Below are positions 21,171-31,300 of a stretch of DNA of 64,000 nt, one piece after another. The notes under the pieces were generated by a model that saw only the letters and a program-made list of their open reading frames with translations, was not told the DNA's origin and did not search any database. A program made the position numbers and the translations under genes. How positions within the stretch are numbered: position 1 is the stretch's first letter; the number at the start of each line of letters is the position of its first letter. The stretch covers positions 115,986 to 179,985 of IMG/VR virus record IMGVR_UViG_3300030330_006573; one strand, 5' to 3'. This DNA comes from a virus (lineage: Duplodnaviria; Caudoviricetes).

Positions 21171-23591
21171 ATGAATAAAAGTAATTTCACTCCTAGGGTT
21201 CAAAGAATAATAGCTCTTTCAAAAAGAATAGCTGATTCTTTAAATTCCCAAGAAATAGATCTTCATCATTTGATTTTTTCAGTTCTTGATTCAAACCAAT
21301 CAATAATAAATAATTTCTTCGATGATATATCCATATCGCTTGATGAGTTTAAAGGCATAGTTTTCAATTCTATTGACGGAGACTTTTTCACTTCCCCATC
21401 TTCGGATAAAGAGGAGTTAGACTTTTCTACAGAGTATCAAAAAGTTTTTAAAATGTGCATTAATTTTGCAGATGAGCTGGATCATGATTATGTTGGTGTT
21501 GAGCATGTTTTCTATACCTTGCTTATATATGAAAAATCCCCACTACCTTCTTTGCTTAGTACTTTTTACGTAGATATAGAAAGCTCTAAAGAAAAATTTA
21601 GAAACTTTTTTATTACGGGTGAGTGGGAGGAGTCTAGATTACGGAAAACATATGAAGGCAAAAAGTCCAAGGTTGATGAAAAAATAGAGTCAGGCGCACT
21701 TCAATCTTTTTGCAAAAACTACAATGAAATGGCTTCTCAGGGTAAATTTGACAAAGTGCTTTGTAAAGATACTGACATTGAAAAAATGTCTGAAATCTTA
21801 TGTAGAAGAAACAAGAACAATCCTATTTTAGTTGGTCTCCCAGGGACAGGTAAAACTTCTCTCGTTGAGGGTCTCGCTCAAAATATAGTTAACAACACAT
21901 GCACTGACTTCTTAGCAAATAAAACTATTTATGAAGTCGATTTAGCCGCTTTAATTGCTGGCACTAAATATAGAGGTCAATTTGAAGAAAGGTTAAAAAA
22001 ACTTATTGAAGAAGTTTCAAGCTCTCCAAACATAATTCTTTTTATTGACGAGATTCATACTATTATAGGAGCTGGAGCAACAGAAGGAAGTATGGATGCT
22101 GCTAATATCCTAAAACCAGCCTTAGCAAGAGGTCAAATAAAATGTATTGGAGCCACTACTCCTAAAGAATACAAAAAGTATATACTAAAAGATGCAGCTC
22201 TAGAGAGAAGGTTTCAAGAAATAAAAGTAAACCAACCTTCAACTACTGAAACTCTAAAAATTCTAGAAGGCATAATCTCTCAATATGAAAAATTTCATCA
22301 TGTTATATATAGAAAAAATGCAGTTAAATTAGCTGTTGAGCTTTCTGTTAGATACATGACTGACAGGCAGCTTCCAGATAAAGCAATAGATATTATTGAT
22401 CAAGCTGGAGCAAAAGTAAAAATGCGCAGTTTTAGTAGACCTCTTGAAGCTCAAAAGATAGAGAAGCAAATAGAAAGACTAATGGAGGATGAAGATAAAA
22501 GTCAACACCAAAAAACTAAATATCAAAAAAAACAAGACTCCTTAATAAAAAGTTATAAAACTGTATTAAATAACTGGGCAGAATCATATAAACAAAAAAA
22601 ATTTTATGTTACTCAAGATGATATTTTCAAAGTTGTCTCTTCTAAAACTGGAATACCAGTTGGTAATTTGTCAAAAGATGACTCTGATATTTTATTAAAC
22701 TTAAAAAATAATTTATCAAAAGATGTTTTATTTCAAGATCAAGCTCTTGATTCTATATATAATTCTATCGTAAGATCCAAGAGTGGATTGTCTCAAACTA
22801 CAAAACCTATAGGCTCCTTTCTCCTTCTAGGAAAAAGTGGAGTAGGCAAGACATATATGGCAAAACGTTTAGCTAATCATTTTTTTGGAAGCGAAGATAA
22901 TTTAATTCATGTGGACATGTCCGAATTTTCAGAAAAAATAAACATATCAAGATTAATAGGTTCATCGCCTGGATATGTTGGCTACGATGAAGGCGGTCAA
23001 TTGACAGACCAAATAAAGAACAAACCATATTCAGTTGTTTTGTTTGATGAGATAGAGAAAGCTCATCCAGATGTAGTTAATATACTGCTTCACTTGCTAG
23101 ATGAAGGTAGATTAACAGACAATTTTGGAAGAATTTCTGATTTCACTAATAGTATTATTATTATGACGGGCAATATTGGCTCCGATATACTCGATAAGGG
23201 ATCTGGAATAGGATTTGCGAGTGTGGACTCAAAAAATCAATACAAAGAAAAGATTATTGACTTATCTAAAAAAACTTTCAGTCCAGAATTTGTGAACAGA
23301 ATAGATGAAGTTATCGTGTTTAATAATTTTTCCTTGGATGAAATTAAATTCTTAGTAAATGAAGAAATTTCTAAACTAAAAAGGTTGCTTAAGAGCCAAA
23401 AAAGTATTAAGTTAAATGTAGAAAGCGACGTTATCGAGTCTATTTCAAATCATGTTTTCAATCTTAAAATGGGGGCTAGACCAATAAAAAGAATTATACA
23501 AAAAAATATTGAAAATAAGGTTTCACAGTTTATTATAAAGAATAAAAAAGGAGAAGTTTCAATAAAAATTTCAGATATTAATTATGAGTAA
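21171..23591 (+). CDS. clpC: ClpC/ClpA-type double AAA+ unfoldase with ClpP-docking loop
   Basis: Clp N-repeats, KNNPILVGLPGTGKT, FIDEIH, LPDKAID, GKSGVGKT, GSSPGYVGY, GIGF loop, short middle coiled coil. Confidence 0.92.
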   Translation: MNKSNFTPRVQRIIALSKRIADSLNSQEIDLHHLIFSVLDSNQSIINNFFDDISISLDEFKGIVFNSIDGDFFTSPSSDKEELDFSTEYQKVFKMCINFADELDHDYVGVEHVFYTLLIYEKSPLPSLLSTFYVDIESSKEKFRNFFITGEWEESRLRKTYEGKKSKVDEKIESGALQSFCKNYNEMASQGKFDKVLCKDTDIEKMSEILCRRNKNNPILVGLPGTGKTSLVEGLAQNIVNNTCTDFLANKTIYEVDLAALIAGTKYRGQFEERLKKLIEEVSSSPNIILFIDEIHTIIGAGATEGSMDAANILKPALARGQIKCIGATTPKEYKKYILKDAALERRFQEIKVNQPSTTETLKILEGIISQYEKFHHVIYRKNAVKLAVELSVRYMTDRQLPDKAIDIIDQAGAKVKMRSFSRPLEAQKIEKQIERLMEDEDKSQHQKTKYQKKQDSLIKSYKTVLNNWAESYKQKKFYVTQDDIFKVVSSKTGIPVGNLSKDDSDILLNLKNNLSKDVLFQDQALDSIYNSIVRSKSGLSQTTKPIGSFLLLGKSGVGKTYMAKRLANHFFGSEDNLIHVDMSEFSEKINISRLIGSSPGYVGYDEGGQLTDQIKNKPYSVVLFDEIEKAHPDVVNILLHLLDEGRLTDNFGRISDFTNSIIIMTGNIGSDILDKGSGIGFASVDSKNQYKEKIIDLSKKTFSPEFVNRIDEVIVFNNFSLDEIKFLVNEEISKLKRLLKSQKSIKLNVESDVIESISNHVFNLKMGARPIKRIIQKNIENKVSQFIIKNKKGEVSIKISDINYE

Positions 23592-24126
23592 ATTTAAATT
23601 AGTTTTTGCAGGGGAAAACATTATTTCTTTTGATGAAGTTGAAGACAATACTGTTAGGGAATTTTTTAAAGAGTTTAATAGTTTCGATGAGCTGTCTGAC
23701 TTCATGTCTAGTAGCAGTATTGCTTTAAATGGCAACTTTAAGTATGCAGTAAGACATACTGAAGATAATTATTTAAAAGAGCTTTTTATAGTTCTTAAAA
23801 ACAACCCTCTGCCAAAACAATACATATTCGACACCAAAGAAGAAGCTCTAGAGTTTAAAGAGGTTCAAGGACTGAGAGACTCAGTTCACCTTTTACCCGA
23901 AGACAAAAAAGATATAATTAAAAAATTCTTTGAGAGTGATGATCTTGATTTTCCTGGCTTTAAAAAAATAAAAGAAAACTATAATAAGGAATTAGAGAAA
24001 GCTGGTGGTGCAAAATGTACCTCTTGTGCGAAAAATAATTTGATGAGAAAATATCAAGATATTGTTATTGATGCATTAAGTGATTCTCCTCAAAATGTCT
24101 TTAGCTCTTCTGAAAAAACTAAGTAA
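23584..24126 (+). CDS. Hypothetical protein with a CxxC motif
   Basis: ORF coupled to clpC; GAKCTSCA. Confidence 0.7.
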   Translation: MSKFKLVFAGENIISFDEVEDNTVREFFKEFNSFDELSDFMSSSSIALNGNFKYAVRHTEDNYLKELFIVLKNNPLPKQYIFDTKEEALEFKEVQGLRDSVHLLPEDKKDIIKKFFESDDLDFPGFKKIKENYNKELEKAGGAKCTSCAKNNLMRKYQDIVIDALSDSPQNVFSSSEKTK

Positions 24127-24138
24127 CAATTTAAAATT

Positions 24139-24762
24139 ATGTCTATACAACTATACAAACCAAATCAAAAAAACGCAGGTGCAGCATTCACCTTTTCTAT
24201 AGGTTCAAATAAGAATAATAGCTTGCCAGCTTTCTACATGAGCGCCATATCCCAACATTCTTGGGATTCTGATAAAAAGATTGGATCCTTTGCTGGGAAT
24301 GCAAAAGACCCAGATAAAACAGTTAACGTCAAGCTTAGTGAGTTTGAGTGCGGAGAAGTAATTAGTGCTATCAGAAATAGGTATGATTACTCTACTTTTC
24401 ATTCTTTTGACAATAACAACACTACGATCAAATTTAGCCCTTGGGATAAAGATGTTAAAATTTCTAAATACGATCCAGAGTCAAAAGGCTTTAAAGATTC
24501 TAAGATAAAGGTTCCAGCATTTGGAGTTTCTATTTCCAAAGGCAAAGGGTCTACCTTTAAAATAGGTATGGATCCTGGAGAAGTAGAGGTTTTTGTAAAA
24601 CTTCTTGAGCGTTTTATAGAACTTTTCGTTGAAGAAAAGATTAATATTCAAAAAGCTCTTTCTAAGAAATCTCAGCAAAACAAACCTTCTTCTAAATCTT
24701 CAAAAGAAGAAAAGGTAGAAGAGGTTGAAGAAGAGGAGGATTTTGAGGACGTCCCATTCTAA
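24139..24762 (+). CDS. Putative single-stranded DNA-binding protein
   Basis: Beta-rich core and acidic tail ending EEEEDFEDVPF, like the SSB C-terminal tip. Confidence 0.55.
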   Translation: MSIQLYKPNQKNAGAAFTFSIGSNKNNSLPAFYMSAISQHSWDSDKKIGSFAGNAKDPDKTVNVKLSEFECGEVISAIRNRYDYSTFHSFDNNNTTIKFSPWDKDVKISKYDPESKGFKDSKIKVPAFGVSISKGKGSTFKIGMDPGEVEVFVKLLERFIELFVEEKINIQKALSKKSQQNKPSSKSSKEEKVEEVEEEEDFEDVPF

Positions 24763-24776
24763 GGAAAATAAAAATA

Positions 24777-26684
24777 ATGTCTAAAAAAAAAATACTATAT
24801 CATAGTAACTTTTCTAGAATTTTAAGTGGTTTTGGTAAAAATTCCAAAAATATTCTAAAACACTTATCTTCTACTGGAAAGTATGAAATAGTTGAATTTG
24901 CAAATGGAGTATCAAAAGGTCATGCAGACCTAAAAACTTTGCCTTGGCATGCAGAAGGAGGTTTGCCTTCAGACCAAGAATCGATTAATAAAATCAACAG
25001 AGACCCCAATTTAGGCAGATCAGCATCTTATGGGGCTCTGAGGATAGATGATGTAATAAAAAAAGAAAAACCAGATATTTATTTAGGTGTCGAAGATATA
25101 TGGGGGCTTTCTGGTTATACAAAAAAACCTTGGTGGAATAAAATTAACTGCATGGTATGGACTACTCTAGACAGTCTGCCTATTTTACCAGATGCGATAA
25201 AGTGTGCTAAGAAGATAAAGCATTATTATGTATGGTCTTCTTTTGCTGAAAAAGCATTGCACGAGGAAGGTCACGATCATGTCAAGACACTTCATGGTGC
25301 CGTTGATGAATCAAGTTTCTACAAGCTAGATCATGAAGATAGGGAAGCTTTAAGGGAAAAATATAATCTAGGAGATAGCTTTGTAATAGGTTTTGTATTT
25401 AGAAATCAGCTAAGGAAAAGTGTTCCCAACTTGCTCGAAGGCTTTAAGCTATTTAAATCTAAAAACCCAGATTCAAATGCTAAACTTTTATTACATACAA
25501 ATTGGTCAGAGGGCTGGGAAATACCCAGATTAATAAAAGAAAAAAACTTAGAGCCTTCCGATATACTTTGTACTTACTACTGTAAAAATTGTAATCAATA
25601 TCAAATAAAGCCATTTTCTTCTCAAAACTTAGATTGTCCGTATTGTGGATCTAAGAAATCTTGTAATACAGTTAATATAAAAGACGGAGTTAATGATTCT
25701 CAATTGAATGAGATATACAATTTAATGGATGTGTATTGTCATCCTTTTACCAGTGGAGGTCAAGAAATTCCTCTTCAAGAAGCAAAGCTTTGCGAGCTTA
25801 TTACATTAACAACTAATTATTCTTGCGGATTGGAATCTTGCTCAAAAGAATCTGGAGGTTTACCGCTTGATTGGTCAGAATACAGAGAGCCAGGAACACA
25901 GTTTATAAAAGCATCTACTTGCCCTATCAGCATTCTCGATGGACTTTCTAATGTTTATCGCATGGATTTGTTAGAAAAGTCGTCTATGGGCAAGAAAGCT
26001 CGACAATATGTGATAGACAACTATTCCGTTAAAGTTATAGGTTCTAAAATTGAAGAGATTATTGATTCAATGCCATCTATCTCTGATTATAATTTTGATT
26101 TTAAAAAAGAACGTAGGGCTCCTGAGTACAATCCGCCAGATATTGAATCCAACTCTGACTGGTTAATAGATTTGTATAAAAACATATTGAAGGTTGATCT
26201 TGACCATACCGATGAAGGCCATCAGTATTGGATGAAAACACTTGAAAATGGAGGTAATAGAGCTGGAGTTCTAGATTACTTCAGACAAGTCGCTCAGAAA
26301 GAAAATTTAGAAATAGATAAGAAAAAATCTATTGACTTTAATAAAGTTATAGAAAATGATGGGGCAAAAAAAGCTTTATTCGTTTTAAAAGAGTCTGCCG
26401 AAGATATTTTACTTTCCACAAGCCTCTTGAAATCGTTCAAAGATATTCATCCTGATTATGATATTTTCTTTGCTTGTGATGAGATTTATCACCCAATGAT
26501 ACTTTCAAACCCCTACATATACAAAGTTTTACCATATGATGCAAAGATGGAAAATGAATTTTTAATGGTTGCGGGATCTTCAAGTAAGCCGTATTTCGAT
26601 TACTACTGCAACCTAGGTATTTTGACCCAAAGAAATATTAATTATCACGGCATAAGCAATTTCGCACTTGATTTGTATGAATAA
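24777..26684 (+). CDS. GT4 glycosyltransferase with Zn-ribbon insert, DUF4214-like segment and C-terminal GT9 N-lobe
   Basis: SGFG, RNQLRK, CKNC..CPYC, GGQEIPLQEA, EGHQYW, EDILLSTSLLKS..NPYI. Confidence 0.8.
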   Translation: MSKKKILYHSNFSRILSGFGKNSKNILKHLSSTGKYEIVEFANGVSKGHADLKTLPWHAEGGLPSDQESINKINRDPNLGRSASYGALRIDDVIKKEKPDIYLGVEDIWGLSGYTKKPWWNKINCMVWTTLDSLPILPDAIKCAKKIKHYYVWSSFAEKALHEEGHDHVKTLHGAVDESSFYKLDHEDREALREKYNLGDSFVIGFVFRNQLRKSVPNLLEGFKLFKSKNPDSNAKLLLHTNWSEGWEIPRLIKEKNLEPSDILCTYYCKNCNQYQIKPFSSQNLDCPYCGSKKSCNTVNIKDGVNDSQLNEIYNLMDVYCHPFTSGGQEIPLQEAKLCELITLTTNYSCGLESCSKESGGLPLDWSEYREPGTQFIKASTCPISILDGLSNVYRMDLLEKSSMGKKARQYVIDNYSVKVIGSKIEEIIDSMPSISDYNFDFKKERRAPEYNPPDIESNSDWLIDLYKNILKVDLDHTDEGHQYWMKTLENGGNRAGVLDYFRQVAQKENLEIDKKKSIDFNKVIENDGAKKALFVLKESAEDILLSTSLLKSFKDIHPDYDIFFACDEIYHPMILSNPYIYKVLPYDAKMENEFLMVAGSSSKPYFDYYCNLGILTQRNINYHGISNFALDLYE

Positions 26685-27879
26685 ATTAGAAAGATATAGT
26701 TTACATTCTGGATTAAAAATATCAAAACCTTTTATTGAAAATTGTTTTTATCCAATTACTCATGATAAATATGTAACATTCAACACTTCTTCTAAAATTC
26801 AAAGTAAGCATTATGACTTATGGCAAGAAGTTGTAGATTTGCTTACTCCGTATTTTAAGGAAAATGGAATTAAAATTTTACAATTAGGAGAAAAGAAAGA
26901 TCCAGCGATAGAAGGAGTTTATGATTACAGAGGTTCTTTGAACTTCAATCAAGCATCATATGTTTTGAAAAAATCAATGCTTCATTTTAATGTTTGTGAT
27001 CATTTATCTTATGTTTCTTATAATTCTAATGTTCCTAGTGTTGTCCTTTTTTCTAACGAATTGTCTGATTCTTTTTGTTCTTTTGACAAAGGTGGATTAA
27101 ATAAAAATTTTATCCCCTTAGACTCTCCTAAAAAACTTGGTTGTAGTTATAGTCCAGTTGAGATACCTAAAACAATAAACGATATATCACCTGCTCTCGT
27201 AGCTAATAAGATATTAGACAATCTCAATATTAAAAATGATTTAAATCTCTTGGACCCAATTCATATCGGCTCAAATTATCATATTAGAATTGTTGAATTC
27301 GTTCCTGATTTTGTGCCTCCAGCAGATTTACTTAAAAATTCCATAATAAATGTTAGGGCTGATTATTATTTCGATCAGGAGAATATTTTTCATTTATCTA
27401 GAGGAAGGAAATTAGGGGTGATTACTGCTGAAGCATTTAGTGATGATCTTTGCTTTGCAATTAAAGACTCGTTAGCTAGAGTTTCAATTGAAGTTGACAA
27501 CATAGATTTAAATAAATTTTTAAAAACTTTAAAAAACTTAAAGATACCATATGAATTATTCACATATGATAGAGAAAATTTAAATAAAATTAGATTGGCT
27601 AATATAGATGAAAAAATACAACTATATGAAAGAAAATCTAAAAAAGACCTTGATGTCTCCATTGATGCTAATCATAATATGTTATTCAAATCCTCAAAAA
27701 TCTTAATTTCAAATGGACAAAAGTTTGCAAGCAAAGCTCATTGGATCGAAGGCAAAGATCTCAATGATGATGCAAGTAAATCTATTATAGATTGTCCTGA
27801 TTTTTGGGAAGGTTCTGATTATTATATTATATACAACAAGGAGGTAAAAAATGCCAAGGGGAAGACCAAAGGGAAGTAA
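26677..27879 (+). CDS. GT9 (heptosyltransferase-like) C-lobe plus unknown domain (start probably 26677)
   Basis: SKHYDLWQEVV..ILQLG..DYRGSLNFNQASYVLKKS..D. Confidence 0.65.
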   Translation: MNKLERYSLHSGLKISKPFIENCFYPITHDKYVTFNTSSKIQSKHYDLWQEVVDLLTPYFKENGIKILQLGEKKDPAIEGVYDYRGSLNFNQASYVLKKSMLHFNVCDHLSYVSYNSNVPSVVLFSNELSDSFCSFDKGGLNKNFIPLDSPKKLGCSYSPVEIPKTINDISPALVANKILDNLNIKNDLNLLDPIHIGSNYHIRIVEFVPDFVPPADLLKNSIINVRADYYFDQENIFHLSRGRKLGVITAEAFSDDLCFAIKDSLARVSIEVDNIDLNKFLKTLKNLKIPYELFTYDRENLNKIRLANIDEKIQLYERKSKKDLDVSIDANHNMLFKSSKILISNGQKFASKAHWIEGKDLNDDASKSIIDCPDFWEGSDYYIIYNKEVKNAKGKTKGK

Positions 27880-28720
27880 AAACAAAATTATTGAAGTAGA
27901 TGTTCGCAGTGATGTTGAGGAGCAAGTAAAAAAAGCTGCTATAAAAATACAGAACAAACTTAACAGTTCTAACAGTGTCCCAAATGGCCCTGCTAAGTTC
28001 AAAAGAGATGAGAACGGATTGCTAGAGTCAGTAGACTACCATTTTAATGATGACGGTTCTGTCAATTGGAGAGCTATGGTTAAAGACGAGCATCTCTTTC
28101 CCAACAAGTCTTGGTTTGAATCTAGAAAAAAAGATGTGCCAAGAAACATAGATGGACTAAAAGACCACCAACTTTTGATTAAACTTAGTGGAATTAAAGA
28201 GCTTGCTAGACTAAGGGGTTTTTCGTCTATCAACTATAATAGCGTAAAGTGCGAAAAAGACCATGTTGCCGTAAGTTGTTCTATTGCTTTTCTAGCCAAC
28301 TATGAAACGAACAATCAATCTGTATTTTATGAAGATATGGCAAATGCTACATTTGAGAATACTAGTAGTTTCGCCACGAAATTTTTAGAAACCATAGCTT
28401 GTAATCGAGCTTTTGTCAGATGTGTTAGAAACTTTTTAAACATTCACATCGTAGGTGATGATGAAATAGATAAATCTGGAATTGCTCCTGCTAGAAATCA
28501 ATCTAGTGGTATCTCGCTATCGCCACAAGGAGCATTAAAAGTTCAAGCTGAGCTTAATGGATTTTTTGATTTTGACACATTCAAAAATCATTTAAGAAAA
28601 TTGCATAAAGAAGGAGTTTATGAAATTGACTCTTCTGCAAATCCATCTGAATGGTCTTCGTTTGAAGATATTCCTCCAAAGCAAGCTAGAGAACTAATTA
28701 AAATTATTAAAGGTTCTTAA
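27851..28720 (+). CDS. AT-hook protein with putative Rad52/Sak-like annealing domain
   Basis: MPRGRPKGSKNK; GIKELA...ANAT...IACNRAFVRCVRNFL..VGDDEI. Confidence 0.5.
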   Translation: MPRGRPKGSKNKIIEVDVRSDVEEQVKKAAIKIQNKLNSSNSVPNGPAKFKRDENGLLESVDYHFNDDGSVNWRAMVKDEHLFPNKSWFESRKKDVPRNIDGLKDHQLLIKLSGIKELARLRGFSSINYNSVKCEKDHVAVSCSIAFLANYETNNQSVFYEDMANATFENTSSFATKFLETIACNRAFVRCVRNFLNIHIVGDDEIDKSGIAPARNQSSGISLSPQGALKVQAELNGFFDFDTFKNHLRKLHKEGVYEIDSSANPSEWSSFEDIPPKQARELIKIIKGS

Positions 28721-28729
28721 TAAATTTTT

Positions 28730-29533
28730 GTGAAAAGAAAAATATTAATAATGGGACTACCTGGAGCAGGTAAAACTACCTTAGCTGAAAAGCTAGTTCC
28801 TAAACTTAACGCCGCTTGGTTTAATGCTGATGCAGTAAGACAGGATATTTATTCCGAACTAGGATTTGAACCTGAAGATCGGTTGAAACATGCCACAAGG
28901 ATGGGTAAGCTTTGTGATTGGAGTAAAATGGGGGGATGCTATGTCATTGCAGATTTCATTTGCCCAACAAACGAGACGCGAAAAGCTTTCAACCCAGATT
29001 TTATAGTATGGATCAACAGAATCGAAAAAGGTAGGTTTGAAGACACTAACAAACTTTTTGAAAAACCAGATAATCACGATATAGAATTGAACGAAGGTAC
29101 TCCTGATGAGTGGTGCGAAATGGTTATTGAAAAACTTAATGAAACAGAAGCTTGGAATAATCAAGCTCCCACCGCATTACTAATAGGTAGATATCAACCA
29201 TTCCATATTGGACATAAAAATCTAGTAGCTGAAGCTATAAGGAGGACTGGCCAATGCTGTATCGCCATTAGAGATGTCGGCGGAATAGACGATAGCAATC
29301 CTTATGATTTTGAGAGAGTAAAAAAAGAAATATACTCTACATGCGTAGAATTTGGAAACAAAATAAAAGTAGTAGAACTTCCAAACATTACGGATGTATT
29401 CTATGGAAGAGGGGTTGGTTACAACATTGAACAATTAGAATTAAGCAAAGATCTTCAAGAAATTTCTGCCACAAAAATTAGAGAAGGTAAAATAGATCAA
29501 GAAGGCAATTTGTTAGGCAAAAGACCTGAATAA
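28730..29533 (+). CDS. APS-kinase (CysC)-like kinase fused to a HIGH nucleotidyltransferase
   Basis: GLPGAGKTT, NADAVR, GF..EDR; C-terminal GRYQPFHIGH and ISATKIR. Confidence 0.8.
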   Translation: MKRKILIMGLPGAGKTTLAEKLVPKLNAAWFNADAVRQDIYSELGFEPEDRLKHATRMGKLCDWSKMGGCYVIADFICPTNETRKAFNPDFIVWINRIEKGRFEDTNKLFEKPDNHDIELNEGTPDEWCEMVIEKLNETEAWNNQAPTALLIGRYQPFHIGHKNLVAEAIRRTGQCCIAIRDVGGIDDSNPYDFERVKKEIYSTCVEFGNKIKVVELPNITDVFYGRGVGYNIEQLELSKDLQEISATKIREGKIDQEGNLLGKRPE

Positions 29534-29534
29534 A

Positions 29535-30071
29535 ATGAATCTTTTATTCAATACTAAAACTTATTTGGTAGGGCATATGCAATACCTAAGTGGCAGAAAT
29601 TGGAGGGAAGAAGTTGCAGAGAAACTATCTCCTCTTGGAATTACATGTTTTGATCCTTACAAAAAACCCTTTGTTAAGGATGTTGAGGAGGACGAAGAGT
29701 CAAGAGAGCAAATGAACGCTTGGATGAACGAAGAAAGATATGACAAAGTTACTGAAAAAATGAAAATCATAAGGTCTTATGATTTAAATTTAGTAGATCG
29801 TAGTGACTTCATCGTAGCTCACCTTGTTCCTGATGTAGCCAGTTGGGGCAGTGCCGAAGAGTTAGTCACGGCAGTTAGAATGAAAAAACCAATCTTCATA
29901 AGTATGGAAGGGGGTAAATCTAAAACCCCCTTATGGATGCTTGGAATGCTCCCTCACAAATATATTTATAATAGTCTTGACGAAATCTTAAATATGCTGT
30001 ATGCTATCGATAATGGTAAAAAACAAATAGACTCCGATAGATGGAGACTACTAAGAAAGGAATATCGATGA
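29535..30071 (+). CDS. Nucleoside 2-deoxyribosyltransferase-like protein
   Basis: YLVGHM..WR..FDP...DL..V.RSD...GSAEE...KP. Confidence 0.7.
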   Translation: MNLLFNTKTYLVGHMQYLSGRNWREEVAEKLSPLGITCFDPYKKPFVKDVEEDEESREQMNAWMNEERYDKVTEKMKIIRSYDLNLVDRSDFIVAHLVPDVASWGSAEELVTAVRMKKPIFISMEGGKSKTPLWMLGMLPHKYIYNSLDEILNMLYAIDNGKKQIDSDRWRLLRKEYR

Positions 30072-31300
30072 AATACACAATAACAATATTAAAATTAATC
30101 TCTTGCATTGCATTATTTGGCAAAATGCCAGATCAAAAATTTAGAATTTGGAAAAATTCATTAGGTAATGAAATAAATGCAAAGCTTTTATCTGTAAATT
30201 CTGAAACAAAGTTTTCTATAGAGCTTGAAAATGGCAGGAAGTCTATCGTTAATTCTAAGTTTTTCTGCCAAAATGATCAAGAATTTATAAGATGGATGTA
30301 CAGAACTAATCAAGGATTAAAATATAAGTACCTTGACCCTTTTAATCTTGATAATGAAAAAGTTAGGAGATATAGGGAAAAAAATAGAGCTTTGTTTTTG
30401 ACTGCAAATAAAAACCCCCCTGACTATTGTGTCTGTCCTGCCACAAGAATATTGATGAAAGACACTAATATCTATGATTACGATTGTGTTTTAGAACAAA
30501 GACTTAAAAGGTGGCTTGATGTGATGCCATATTCTGGCGACAATTATTTAAAACTTTGTGTTTTTAGAGAGAACACAGGTAGTGGTCCGATGACTTCAGA
30601 AAATTTTGATTTAATGATTTTAAGACCTAAATATATAGGGACTTCATTTCTTGCTAGAAATAAGGGGAGAGTTTTTCATACAGGCAGAGGTATTCCTCAG
30701 TACCACACAATCTATATCAAACTCAGAGAAAACGAAACAGTTAAAGACCTTTCTTATTTAAGAAATTTCTCAAATTTATTTTCAATTCAGATTGAAAATT
30801 GTCATGTAGAGGACTTATCTCCATTGAATGACTTGAAGTATTTAACGGAGTTGTGCTTAGACAATAACCTTATAACAGATATTAATATACTCTCCAAAAA
30901 TGAAAATCTTTGGAATGCCTCAGTTGCATATAATAATATTGATGCACTGCATAATATGTCTGATTTTAGAGACACTAGGCTTAAATACTTAAACATTTCT
31001 CATAATCCTTTAATTTCATCTAGAATTTTTGGGTTTCATTTAAGATCTTGGTCTAATAAATTCTGGGAAAATGAAAAAAGATGTGGGACTCTAAAAAATT
31101 ATGGAACTATGTGGACTGATGGTATTGATCTTTATAATCAATGTACCATTTTAAAAGAGTCTTTACCCGTAGCTTTGTCTGGAGGAGGTCAGCATTATTT
31201 TCATAATAATAAAGCTATAAATATAAGAGCTTTACCAAAAACTTTCATATTCTCTCATCACTCAGTTTTTGCAGGAATGAGAAAGCATTTGTATAATTAA
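30068..31300 (+). CDS. Secreted SHD1-like plus leucine-rich-repeat protein (start probably 30068)
   Basis: Signal-like N-terminus; RIWKNSLGNEINAKL..DQEFI (SHD1-like); internalin-type LRRs (DLSPLNDLKYLTELCLDNNLITDI). Confidence 0.7.
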   Translation: MKYTITILKLISCIALFGKMPDQKFRIWKNSLGNEINAKLLSVNSETKFSIELENGRKSIVNSKFFCQNDQEFIRWMYRTNQGLKYKYLDPFNLDNEKVRRYREKNRALFLTANKNPPDYCVCPATRILMKDTNIYDYDCVLEQRLKRWLDVMPYSGDNYLKLCVFRENTGSGPMTSENFDLMILRPKYIGTSFLARNKGRVFHTGRGIPQYHTIYIKLRENETVKDLSYLRNFSNLFSIQIENCHVEDLSPLNDLKYLTELCLDNNLITDINILSKNENLWNASVAYNNIDALHNMSDFRDTRLKYLNISHNPLISSRIFGFHLRSWSNKFWENEKRCGTLKNYGTMWTDGIDLYNQCTILKESLPVALSGGGQHYFHNNKAINIRALPKTFIFSHHSVFAGMRKHLYN

